Source of the DNA: Eledone cirrhosa | Lineage: Eukaryota | Length of the DNA stretch: 64,000 bases | Assembly: GCA_964016885.1 (NCBI GenBank) | Contig: OZ024760.1 | Coordinates: 24,242,001 to 24,306,000 of the forward strand | Direction of reading: 5' to 3' | Shown here: in pieces, positions 27,006 to 40,234 of the stretch | How positions within the stretch are numbered: position 1 is the first letter of the stretch | How the letters are laid out: every line of letters begins with the position of its first letter | The notes under the pieces: generated by a model | What the model was told of the DNA's origin: nothing | What the model saw: the letters and a program-made list of their open reading frames with translations, nothing else | The model's database searches: none | Program-made: the position numbers and the translations under genes

Positions 27006-27701
27006 ATATATGTGTATGCACGTATGTATATGTATATATATATGTATATATATGTGAGTTAAGTGGTTCTTACTCACAGACGAAACAAATAAAAAAATAT
27101 GAAGAATATAAAACAAACAAACAAAAATAAAACCTAAAGAAAACTACAAAAACACACACAATGAATATATGGAACACATTTGTTAAAAATACATATATAT
27201 ATAAATGCTTGCATGTGCATGCATACACACACATGAATATCTTTGAATACCCACCTGCATAATAGCCTCACCAATCACACCATATTACACACATACGCCC
27301 ACAAACAAACACACCCACATACACGCCCAAATGGCGTAGGACAGAACAAAGGAGAGGCACAAAAACAAAGAAAAGAATCCCCAGTCACTGAAGAGGTCAC
27401 AGAATGTGTGACGAAAGAACTTTGACAATATATAAACAACTATCTGGTTATGGAACCAACCAACCAACTAGAAATTTATAGATTCCTAAATTTATAAATT
27501 TATTATAATAAATTGAAGTGAAAGCAACTGGTGCGTGTGTTTCTTATTGGCAACATGACCCTCCCAAAGTATAACAATATCGGTTTCAACACACGTTTTC
27601 AGATAAAGAATCTTGCTAAACAAATTCAGAAACGAAATATATATATGAATATATATATAAATATATATATTTAATATATATATATACATATATATATATA
27701 C

Positions 27702-27764
<63 letters not shown>

Positions 27765-27993
27765 TATAAATATATATTATATATATGTATATATATGAAT
27801 TTATATATAATATAATATAAATATAAATTATATATATAATTGTTTCTACTTTAGGCACAAGGCCAGTAATTATACCAGTGTATTACTGGTACTTTATTTT
27901 ATCTACCCCGTAAGGATGAAAGGCAAAGTCAACCTCGGCGGGATTTGAACTCAGATCGTAAAGGGACGATACTGCCAATCCACCGCCCTTTAT

Positions 27994-28025
<32 letters not shown>

Positions 28026-28211
28026 GCGAAAAGTATGACCCCGACGGCAGAGCTCAAGACGTTTCGACGGCTATTTCTGGACTAAATTAGAATTTTTAGC
28101 CTGGTAAATAAATAGCCGAGCTTGTCAAGAGGTACTTCTTTATATGGGAAGATTGTAGTTGAGTACTCTGGTGCGTTATGGTCTATCTGGTTCCTTACCA
28201 TGATTCCCTCG

Positions 28212-28256
<45 letters not shown>

Positions 28257-28344
28257 CAAAAGGGATATTCAATTTGTTGGAAATTCAACAAATATAAATG
28301 TTTATAACTGATTCAGAGCACTCGACAGATTTTCTGGAGTATTA

Positions 28345-28642
28345 TATTCAATGATATTAAAGAAATGGAAACTATATTTATAAAACCATATTTATTCTAT
28401 TATATATATTTCAAGTGTACCAAAAACTTTGGTACGCTTTCATCAGATAAAAAACAAAGTTCGTTTTATAAATTTTGATATAACCAAGGAAAACTTGAAA
28501 CGTTAAAGTATTTTTCCTTGGTTATTTATAAAACAAACTTTGTATTTTATCTGATGAAAGCGTACGAAAGATTTGGTACCCTTGAAATATATATAATAAA
28601 ATAAATATGGTTTTATAAATATAGTTTCCATTTATTTAATAT

Positions 28643-28650
<8 letters not shown>
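28345..28650. mobile_element. Fold-back element carrying an inverted pair of hammerheads (28393-28453 minus; 28543-28603 plus)
   Basis: CTGATGA-aagcgtac..ggtac(a/c)ctt-GAAA-tatata-TA-at on both arms; homologous to 15126-15250. Confidence 0.8.
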
Positions 28651-28694
<44 letters not shown>

Positions 28695-28732
28695 TTATAT
28701 ATAATTATGTAATAAACAACACAATATAATTG

Positions 28733-28803
28733 TTCCATTACCCCAGGTTTCACGAAGTCAGACGATTCTAACAGAGGTGCCCGAAGTCGTTCATCAGATA
28801 GAA
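28733..28803 (-). ncRNA. Hammerhead motif with long stem II
   Basis: Reverse strand ttctat-CTGATGA-acga...tcgt-GAAA-cctgggg-TA-atggaa. Confidence 0.6.
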
Positions 28804-29430
28804 ATCTTTAATATATTTATATATATATAAAATATAATATTGTTATAGCTCTAACTATTAGGCAAATTTACTCGGTGGTATCTCTATTTCACTATATATA
28901 TATAACAAAGGAATTGTGGTAAGGAACCAGATGGACCATAACGCACCAGAGTACTCAATACTTAGCGTAGTAGAGTGGGAAATAGGAAAAATATGAGCCC
29001 TTTTTGGCAGAGCTAAAGCCGTTTCGACTGCTATTTCTGTACACAATTAGAAGTTTAGCCTATGGGGTCATACTTTTTCCTATATATATATATATATATA
29101 TATTAGATAGTGAAATAGAGATTCCGCCATATTTATATAGATACGGCCATTTATATATATATATATCAACTAGAAATTGATTGACATATATATATATATT
29201 TAAAATAAACACATGCAACAAACACAAATTATCCCCTGTGATTGTTTCATGTGTTTATTTTAAATATACACGTATATATATGTCAATCAATTTCTCGTTG
29301 ATATAAAATGCTCGGATTTATTCATTGGAATCTTTGAGCTTATTATACGGTGGATATGGCGCATATCTCAGATATGGCACCCTTAATTTAATTCAATTAA
29401 ATTTATTTTGGATATATATATATATATATA

Positions 29431-30116
29431 TAGGAACCAGTAAGACCCCGACAGCTGAGCTCAAGCCGTTTCGACGGCTAATTCTGGACTAAATGAAAAT
29501 TTATCCTGGTATTTAAATAGCCGATCTTCTCAAGGGGTAATTCCATATATGGTCAAAGTGATTGTCAAAAATCAGTAGTAATTCTGTGGTTGCAAATTAG
29601 TAGGGGAGATGGTGGCTAAACCTGCCAGTAGGAGAAAGAGGGGAGGGGGTGGAGTAGACCCAATCAGCGTTGGTAGTCCCAGCTACAGCTGGGCATGAGG
29701 TCAAAGAAGATGAGGGGGAGGGGGAGGAAGTCGGAACGGTAGGTAGAACAATGGGGGGTAGAAATATATAGGAAAGAAAAAATACTGAGAGTGAAGAAAA
29801 GCAAATAAGTGTAAAGAAAAAAAGTAAAGTAAATTAAATTCTACGACCTAGGTCTCTAGCTATTGTTAGGCTAGAATAAACTCAGAATTATTATCTCGTA
29901 CTAGTTCACTTTGCTGCACTGGGTGGTTGCTGGCATTGTGCCCGGGATGGAAACCTTTATTGTTTATTTCGTGGTAGTCTCTTTAGTATTTTGGCCCCTT
30001 TTGTTGACCAGTCACCGTATCATTTACGTACTTATACCTCTTAAAAGGGTCCTTGCCTATTCCGTCCCACCTAGTTCTTTTACTTATTTCGTTATTTCTT
30101 TATTTATTTCTTTACT

Positions 30117-30149
<33 letters not shown>

Positions 30150-30700
30150 TTTCTTTATTTATTTATTTATTTATTTATTCTAGCCTAACAATAGCTAGAG
30201 ACCTAGGTCGTAGAATTTAATTTACTTTACTTTTTTCTTTACACTTATTTGCTTTTCTTCACTCTCAGTATTTTTTCTTTCCTATATATTTCTACCCCCC
30301 ATTGTTCTACCTACCGTTCCAACTTCCCCCCCCCTCCCCCTCATCTTCTTTGACCTCATGCCCAGCTGTAGCTGGCACTACCAACGCTTGATTGGGTCTA
30401 CTCCACCCCCTCCCCTCTTTCTCCTACTGGCAGGTTTAGCCACCATCTCCCTACTAATTTGCAACCACAGAATTATTACTGATTTTGACAATCACTTTGA
30501 CCATATATGGAATTACCCCTTGAGAAGATCGGCTATTTAATACCAGGATAAATTTTCATTTAGTCCCAGAATTAGCCGTCGAAACGGCTTGAGCTCAGCT
30601 GTCGGGTCTTACTGGTTCCTATTACCCACTACTACCTCAAGTATTGAGTACTTTGGTGCGTTATGGTCCACCTGGTTCCTTACCACATTTCCTTCGTTAT
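29431..30700. mobile_element. Large fold-back of family B (about 450-bp arms, about 295-bp spacer)
   Basis: 29431-29880 is the near-perfect reverse complement of 30174-30621; (TA)n both sides. Confidence 0.9.
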
Positions 30701-30716
30701 ATATATATATATATAT

Positions 30717-31188
30717 AGAAGTGGTTACACAACAGTTAGTTCACCATATCGAGGACAATTGTTTCACCTTAGCGGATCCTCAGCTCGTAATGGGCATGGT
30801 TATACGGAACAGGAAGGACAACCGTACGGTTGTCCTTCCTGTTCCGTATAACCGCGTACGGTTGTCCTTCCTGTTCTGTATAACCGCGTACGGGTGTCCT
30901 TCCTGTTCCGTATAACCGCGTACGGTTGTCCTTCCTATTCTGTATAACCGCGTACGGTTGTCCTTCCTGTTCCGTATAACCGCGTACGGTTGTCCTTCCT
31001 GTTCCGTATAACCGCGTACGGTTGTCCTTCCTGTTCCGTATAACCGTGCCCATTACGAGCTGAGGATCCGCTAAGGTGAAACACTTGTTCTCGGTATGGT
31101 GAACTAACTGTTGTGTAACCACTTCTACCTAACTCGTCCCATGGACTGAGTGCTCTACCACTACGGATATTACTTTCCAGTGTTCTAC

Positions 31189-31190
<2 letters not shown>
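30717..31190. mobile_element. Fold-back element (family D) with two hammerheads and an internal 32-bp tandem array
   Basis: Arms 30717-30825 and up to 31127; minus HHR 30750-30787, plus HHR 31056-31093; (TA)n both sides. Confidence 0.85.
30750..30787 (-). ncRNA. Minimal hammerhead ribozyme with canonical GUC site
   Basis: Reverse strand cgag-CTGAGGA-tccgctaaggt-GAAA-caattg-TC-ctcg. Confidence 0.82.
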
Positions 31191-31252
<62 letters not shown>

Positions 31253-31366
31253 ATAATAATAAATTTGAAGATCCCGTTAAAGGTGAAAGCAGCGATTCTT
31301 TGCTTAAACTTTAATCTGTTATTTTAAATATATATATACAGCTCAGCTGTCGGGGTCTTACTGGTT

Positions 31367-31422
<56 letters not shown>

Positions 31423-31538
31423 TTTAATATAGATGAGATTCTACAGGACTAGAACTGTTTCATTCTTTAGAAATCATCAGCAATGTATTGAGTACCTTAC
31501 TTACTGTGGTTACCTCCGATTCAACACGGAATAACGTA

Positions 31539-31578
<40 letters not shown>

Positions 31579-31644
31579 AACCTATTTATACATACATACG
31601 AATATACATATATCGCTATGCATGCGTTATGGATGTTGTTTTAG

Positions 31645-32020
31645 CAATAATTTTTTCTACATTTGGCATAAAGCCAGCAATTATCCCAGTGTATTACTGG
31701 TACTTTATTTTATCGACTCCATAAGGATGAAAGACAAAGCTAACCCTCGGCGGGATTTGAACTGAGAATATAAATGGCCGTATCTATATACAACAAAGAA
31801 TCTACTGATACTGCCAATTCACCGTCCTACATATAATTGTTTCTACTTTTGGCACAAGGCCAGCAATTACCCCAGTTCATTACTGGTACTTTATTTTATC
31901 GACCCCCCGTAAGGATGAAAGGCAAAGTTAACCTTAGAGGGATTTGAACTCATATCATAAAGGGACGTAACTATGCTGGAAAGCATGTCCGACCCTCTAC
32001 CGATACTGCCAATTCACCTC
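31645..32020 (-). mobile_element. Two SINE family 2 copies, minus strand
   Basis: Reverse complement of the 2965-3147 sequence, twice. Confidence 0.8.
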
Positions 32021-32576
32021 ATATATTAAATGACCATAAGATGACCATAGCTCATAAGGGCCGTACCTCTTTGCTGCAAAGCATGGCGTCAGAGCCTCTA
32101 CCGATACTCTCAATCCATTGCGCTTTGTTTTAGCAATGATATTCACCAATGGTATATATTTCATGATTATACCAATAAAACGTATCATCACCTCTGTATT
32201 CCTACATATACCTGTGGTATATTATATTTTAGACACATTGTATATCTCTTTAAAAATAATTGTTTCTACTTTTGGCACAAGGCCAGCAATTACCCAGTGT
32301 ATCTCTTTAAAAATAATATTGATGAGGAGAACAAGAGAAATAATAAGAAAAATAATTATCATATACACATGCTAATATATTCCACATATACTCACACAGA
32401 CACATGCATATATGTATGTAGTATGTATGTATGTATGTATGTATGTATGTATTTATTTATGTATGTATGTATGTATGTATGTATGTATGTATGTATGTAT
32501 TTATGTATGTGTCTATGTATGTGTGTATGTATGTATGTGTATATATATATATATATATACACATACATACATACAT

Positions 32577-32641
<65 letters not shown>

Positions 32642-32751
32642 TACATACACACATACATACATACATATATATATATATATATGAATATATAAATACATAT
32701 GTATATATAAATACATATATATATGAATAAATATATGTAAATATAAATACT

Positions 32752-32796
<45 letters not shown>

Positions 32797-33334
32797 GTGT
32801 ATGTATATATATATATATACGTACATATACATATATATATATACACACATAGACACACACACACACACATACACACATATATATATTATCATATAAATAT
32901 ACATATATATATATATATATATCCTAACCGAATTCCATATACATCATGCAAGCATTCTACTTTACGTATTTTTACTGTTTTTTTTTCTTTCCATTTTGTT
33001 TATCGTTGTTGTTGTTTGTTAAACTTACTTCAGCAATTTATTTAGATGGCAACGAATTCTTGTATTTCCTACAAAACTCCATTCTTTATTCAGGAAAATA
33101 AATTAAAAAAAATTTACCTGTTTTACATTTATTTTCCTATAATATATTTCTTAAAAACAGATTTTCTTTATATATTACGTAATTTGACATAAATTATTGT
33201 TTGCATTTATTCTTTATTTCTTTGAGGGTTTCAAAGAATTTATTCCATTATAGAGAAGTTTTAACACACAAAAAATAAAACCCTAGCAAAACATATCATT
33301 CTGAAATGGTTATTGTTTTTATTATTTGTCATGT

Positions 33335-33875
33335 GGATTGGCACTATCGGTAGAGGGTCGGACGCCATGCTTTGCAGCATAGAGTTACGTCCCTTTCTGG
33401 TCTGAGTTCAAATCCCGCCGAGGTTAACTTTGCCTTTCATCCTTACGGAGTCGATAAAATACCAGTAATGCACTGAGATAATTGCTGGCTTTGTGCCAAA
33501 AGTAGAAATAATTATTTGTCATGTGAAGAGGGCGGGTGGTTTGGTAGTAGCAGTAGAAGGTTGGGCGCCCGCCATGCATTGTAGCATAGAGTTACGGCCT
33601 TTTACGGTCTCAGTTCAAATCCCACCGAGGTTAACTTTGCCTTTCATCCTTACGGGGTCGATAAAATAAACCACCAATAATGTACTGGGGTCGATTTAAT
33701 TGACTTTTCCCTCATCCCAAATTGATGGCCTTGTGCCTATATAAGGAACCATTTGGATTGGCAGTATCGGTAGAGCGTCGGACTTCATGCTTTGAAGCAT
33801 AGAGTTACCTCCCTGTATGATCTGAGTTCAAATCCTGCCGAGGTTAACTTTGCCTTTCATCCTTACGGGGTCGAT
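33335..33875 (+). mobile_element. Cluster of three SINE family 2 copies
   Basis: Repeated gagttcaaatccc..gaggttaactttgcctttcatccttacgg.gtcgata. Confidence 0.85.
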
Positions 33876-33999
33876 ACTCATGTACGTCAATACTCATCTT
33901 TTTCCATTTCTCCGAGGGTTCTTAACCCCACTATCAGGCTAAATAATTTCTTTAATTTCTTTAGTCAAAATACGGCGATAGCTAACATTTCTAATAATG

Positions 34000-34062
<63 letters not shown>

Positions 34063-34230
34063 CGGAGGAAATGTGGTAAGGAACCAGGTGGACCATAACG
34101 CACCAAAGTACTCACTACTGGGGTAGTAGAGTGGGTAATAGGAACGAGTAGGACCCCGACGGCTGAGCTCAAGCCGTCCAGAATTAGCTGTCGAAACGGC
34201 TTGAGCTCAGCCGTCGGGGTCCTACTCGTT

Positions 34231-34293
<63 letters not shown>

Positions 34294-34440
34294 TAAAGTG
34301 TTAAACAATATTCGATGATTATGTCAAAGAATGAGTTTTACAGTAGATTGGAAGCACTCAACGGTAAAAAATAATTTTCTGGAGTTATTAATATTCAAAT
34401 ATAAGTATTAATAAAATAGATGTTCTTTTGATCAATTACA

Positions 34441-34490
34441 TTTTATTATACTTATTTCGGATGTACAACAGTACGTCCTCATCAGACAAA
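34441..34490 (-). ncRNA. Hammerhead ribozyme motif (family A) in element at about 34293-34545
   Basis: Reverse strand tttgt-CTGATGA-ggacgtac-tgtt-gtacatcc-GAAA-taagta-TA-ataaaa; homologous to the intron-1 copy. Confidence 0.75.
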
Positions 34491-34552
34491 CTATAATGAT
34501 ACATGACATACCCCAAGATGTTAAATGGTTAAGATTTAATCAACCTTGATAT

Positions 34553-34591
<39 letters not shown>

Positions 34592-35115
34592 GTTTAACGT
34601 CCATCTTCCACGCTTGCATGGGTTTGGACGGGTATTTATGGAAATAGGCGTCGAAACGGCTTGAGCTCTGCCGTCGTGGTCATACATTTTCCTATATATA
34701 TATTTTCCTATATATATATGAGATGTGAGAAAAACCACCGATCCTCGATCTCAACTCACCTTTTGAAAAGCAGAAGAACTGCGAAACCGGTAAAGGAACC
34801 AAATAAATATATATATTTAAAAAAAAAATAAGACTCCAGTTGCATTTTCGATTTCATCTCTTTTTCTTTATACTTTCACTCGTGTAGGACACCTCGGTTA
34901 CTTTTCATTTTGTAAAAAAAAACCTCACTTTCTAATATATATATATATATATATATGGACTGTATGAGCAAACCTGTCAAGTCTGGCCTAAGGAATGTTC
35001 AATCCATGGAAACATGGAAAATAAATATCAAATTACATGATGATGATGATGATGATGATATACACAATCATCATCAACATATTTATAAGTCTGTTTTAGC
35101 ATGCTTGCATAGATT

Positions 35116-35178
<63 letters not shown>

Positions 35179-35534
35179 AGGCTCCATGGAACACGAGGCT
35201 CCCAGTCCACCATGTAAAGGAGGTCGTGCTGGTGACATGGGGAAAGAAACGCACCCCAGTCCATCATTTATCTGGTATAGTAATGTTGATAATTTAGATT
35301 GTATCTAAAATTTGTACATTTATTTTAATCGAAAATACATTTAAAATTATCCATAACTTTCTATATCTGATGTTTGAGGCAAACACGGAAAAAAACATAT
35401 TATTTATTTACAAACACAATCGTTCTTTTGGTTTTTGTTTTCGCTAAATAAATTTTCATTATTTATCGAGTAATACAATGACAAACGAATATTCTGTTTT
35501 CTTTCTCTGGAAGCTGAAACAATGGACGTAAGAA

Positions 35535-36170
35535 TGGTTGTGTGGTTGTGTGGTTGTGTGGTTGTATGATTGTGTGGTTGTGTGGTTGTGTGGCTGTGTG
35601 GTTGTATGGTTGTGTGGTTGTGTGGTTGTGTGGTTGTATGATTGTGTGGTTGTGTGGTTGTGTGGCTGTGTGGTTGTATGGTTGTGTGGTTGTGTGGTCG
35701 TGTGGTTGTGTGGTTGTGTGGCTGTGTGGTTGTGTGGTTGTATGATTGAGTGGTTGTGTGGTTGTGTGGTTGTGTGGTTGTGTGGCTGTGTGGTTGTGTG
35801 GTTGTATGATTGAGTGGTTGTGTGGTTGTGTGGTTGTGTGGTTGTGTGGCTGTGTGGTTGTGTGGTTGTGTGACTGTGTGGTTGTGTGGTTGTGTGGTTG
35901 TGTGGTTGTGTGGTTGTGTGGTTGTGTGGTTGTGTGGTTGTGTGGTTGTATGGTTGTGTGGTTGTGTGGTTGTATGGTTGTGTGGTTGTGTGGTTGTGTG
36001 GTTGTATAGTTGTATGGTTGTGTGGTTGTGTGGTTGTTTGGCTGTGTGTTTGTGTGGTTGTGTGGGTGTGGTTGTATGGCTGCGTGTTTGTGTGGTCGTG
36101 TGGTTGTGTGGTTGTGTGGTTGTGTGGTTGTATGGTTGTGTGGTTGTGTGGTTGTGTGGTAGTGTGGTCG
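35535..36170. repeat. (TGTGGTTG)n 8-bp satellite
   Basis: Direct reading. Confidence 0.95.
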
Positions 36171-36366
36171 GTAACCAAGCAGAGGTTCTCGCCTTGGTTC
36201 TCTCTTAGAAAAAGAGAGGCGTCTTCAATTATAAACTCATATTAACCAAAGACCTGTGAGACAACCGACAACGCTAAACTCACGAACAAATCTATCTATC
36301 TATCTATCTTTCTGCTTCACTCTCTTTCTCTCTCTCCCTCTCTCTCCGCCACCCCCTCTCTCTCTG

Positions 36367-36414
<48 letters not shown>

Positions 36415-36459
36415 CATCTAACTATCTCTCTTTCTCTCTCTCACAATATATATATACCC

Positions 36460-36518
<59 letters not shown>

Positions 36519-36617
36519 TATATTGATCTGTTATATATATATCATGTATATATATATATATGTATGTATATATTATATATATATGTATATATGTACATAT
36601 ATATATGTACATATATA

Positions 36618-36661
<44 letters not shown>

Positions 36662-36755
36662 ATATATATCTACATATATATATGTATATATATATATATT
36701 ATATATATATTATATATATATATGTACATATATATATATATATTATATATATATA

Positions 36756-36786
<31 letters not shown>

Positions 36787-36823
36787 TATAAACATATATA
36801 TCTACATATATATATTGAACTAT

Positions 36824-36885
<62 letters not shown>

Positions 36886-37494
36886 AACTATAATATATAT
36901 ATATATATATATATATTTATATTGAACTATATTAAATAAATATATATATAATATCACTTTCTCATTAATTCCAATATGTCTCCAGAAATATTCTTCTAAT
37001 CGTCTGATCCGAAATATTGTCAACAGACGAAGATGATATATTAGCAAGGGAAGCAATTGGATTTAGAGAGGAACTCCATTTTGGGACAAGCTAAGCATTT
37101 CCAGGTTGTTCTTATTAAACTTTCTTTAGATATATTACAGTTCTTCATTTACACGCTGTCACCAATCTTGCAACGTATTCTTCATGTATGTATGTATGTA
37201 TGTATGTATGTATGTATGTATGTATGTATGTATGTATGTATGTATGTATGTATGTATGTATGTTCTTCTGGTTTTATAATATCACAAGGTTTTACTAATA
37301 GAGAGAGAGAGTCGGTTTCTAACATAGACACAAGACTCTCTCATTGGAATTTACACAACATCAACTAGGTAGATATGTATGTATGCATGCATGTGTAGAT
37401 ATGGATGTTATTGTATGTGTGGATGTGTATATTTTGAGTTGTATGTGTGCATCTGTATATACTTTGTATCTGTACATGTGTATATGCAGTTATT

Positions 37495-39650
37495 AGATGC
37501 ACAATTTTGGGAATGTTTTACATATTTTTACTGTTCCATTAATGGATTGTACTTGTAGTTTCCTAACTAGTTGTGTTCTTTCTGTTCCTGTGAAGCCTAG
37601 CTTCTCAAGATTTGTATTGAGGCATGAGGCAGTTACTAACATATCCCAGTGCCCCAATAATCACAGGCATAAATCTGAAGGTGTAATCAGGGTGGAGTAT
37701 CTGCAGATTTCTCATTAGTTCTGCATAAATGTTCTCCTTTTCACTAATCTTTGATATTATATTGGCATCCGCTGGGCAGCTAATTTCCACGACTGTGCAT
37801 GTTTTCTTCTCCCTGTCCCATATAATATCTGGTCTGTTATGCCTGCATTTTATTGGGGTTTTTACTGGAACATTCCACCAGTACTCTTTCATATTATGTA
37901 CATGGATGTCTTCCACATTGTTGTAGCTTTTAATGTGTTTATTCTCGGGACTATCATTTTTACGAACTGCATTGTACAATGTTTTGGCCCCTACATCATG
38001 CCTCATAGGTAGATAGTACCGCGATGACATCTTTGGGCAGCTGCTGATGACATGGATGATATCGTCGATGTTAGTTCTGCAGAGTCTGCACCTGTTATCA
38101 CATCTAGGTGTTTTGCCTGCATCCCTATCTCTTTTGTGAATCAGGTATTACGTGCTAATCTCCTCTTCTTGGATTGCAAAAGCGTATCCTTCAAAGTGGG
38201 AGCCAATATAGCGGTTGTTGGTCCAAGATAGACTACTTTACTTATCTATATTACTCTCACTCTGGAGCTTCCTGGCAACATATCCATGCATGATTTTTTG
38301 CTGATAGGCATGCAGTTTTTCATCCATGGATTCACTGCGATACTGCTGAGCGACATCCCCGGGTGTGAGTTTTTGATTATCACACAGGGAATATCTCTCA
38401 AGGAGTTCCTTCTCAACTCTCATGATCTTATCTGTTTCATGCAGATAGACTTGCTCGAGAGACGGGCTCCTACGCTTCGAGGTTCGTAGATGTCGCAGGG
38501 ATATGATACGACATTCAAATGTTGTCTGGACTGATGTTAGGCCTCTGCCTCCCTGCTTACGTTTCAAGTAAAGGCGGTCTATGTCACTGTTGATGTGGAA
38601 GTTTCCGGTGTTGTTCAGTATTTTTCGAGTTCCAACATCAACTGCTCGGATTTCGTCTATAGTCCAATTGAGTATTCCAAACGTTGGTGTTAGGACAGGC
38701 ACAGCAAACACATTGTGAGCCACTGTTTTGTTTTGCGCAGAGAGTTCCGATGACCAGATCTTTCTTAATCGGGTGTAGTATTCCCTGGTTACGCGTTCTT
38801 TATTACAGATACCATTATAGGATATGTTCTCATCTATCCCCAGGTATCTGTAGCAGTCCTCATCAGATATCGGTGAAACAGTTAGACCATTGATGACAAT
38901 GTTGCTAGATTGGGTTGTTGTTTCCCCCCGCTTTACAGTCATGCATGAGCATTTATCTTGGCCAAACTCCATTCCTATATCCTTTGAGAACGTTGTAACC
39001 AGGTCAAGATTTTTCTTCATCCCATCCATGTTCTTGGCATAGAGTTTCAGGTTAGGTTCGTATTTCTGTCCTCCTGTGAGCCAATGATGTATCCCTCACA
39101 TTTCTTGAGCAGAAAGGACAAGGGGTTTAATGACAAGATGAACAATATCACAGAGAGACTGTCCCCCTGAAATATACCCCTGCAATATTTTATTTTATCA
39201 GTGAAAATAGAGTCCTCCCTATCTGTCTTTAACCTTAGGATAGTAGCCCAAGAAGAAGACAGCCTCTCTATGGCTCTGACTATAATGTCTGGAACTTTAG
39301 CAAGTTGGAGGGCCTCTATCATCCAAGAGTGGGGAACAGAATCGAAAGCTTTCTTGTAGTCCAGCCAAACTGTAGTCATATTCCTCCTAAGTTGTCTCAC
39401 CTCCGACACCGCAGTCTTGTTGATTAGGAGTTGTTCAGCACATCCTCAAACCCTTTTCTTTCCAGCTGCTTGTTCATATGTGATGATGTTATTATTTTCA
39501 CAGTGATCTTGGAGGAATAGGTTCAGGCAGGCTGTATACATCATATACATCAGGTTCTGGAATGCAATGGGTCGGTAGTTTTTTGGCAAGTGGGTGTCCT
39601 TTGTTCTTGGGACCAGTAACGTTTGTGCTAATGTCAACCATTCTGGTATT
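37495..39650 (-). mobile_element. Decayed, 5'-truncated R4/Dong-like non-LTR retrotransposon (RT + CCHC + restriction-like endonuclease)
   Basis: NYRPIA, WLDYKKAFDSVPH, GIFQGDSLS, YRYLG, GGRGL, CRLC..H..C, RHD, RPDII..VVEISCP, IGALG; multiple frameshifts; 5' break abuts (TA)n. Confidence 0.9.
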
Positions 39651-39672
39651 ATATATTATATATATATGTATA

Positions 39673-39739
<67 letters not shown>

Positions 39740-40234
39740 GAACATTTACATGAATATAGGTAAATTGAGAGAAATGATACACAGAGACGCAATGACATAC
39801 ACATATAGACTGCCATATTCACATACACACAGACACACACACTGACATATACAGACACACACACTGACATAAACAGACACACACACACACTGACTCACAT
39901 ACACACATACACACTGACATACACATACATTTATAGATACACACTCCACAGATGCACCGAAAATATAATCTTAGACTAATAAGTTTATCAGCGAACTAAA
40001 TGAGAAACGAAACAGTCATGGATCCAAGTATAATCCAGTCATATGAAAAGCTCTAGCAGTAATGTAAGACAACAAATGACGTCTTTGCATATATATCGAG
40101 ACAGTGGTAGGTATCTTTAAACAAGAATATATCTCTTGGCGATACACACACGATATCTCGAAGACCTGCCGCCATCTGAAAGGGTTTCCTCCGAAAGGTC
40201 TTTCGAGTAACGTTACTCGATATAGTGCCTGGAA

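Noticed and set aside
30830-31045. CRISPR-like 32-bp repeats
   Set aside because: Units are contiguous with no unique spacers, the context is eukaryotic and there are no cas genes
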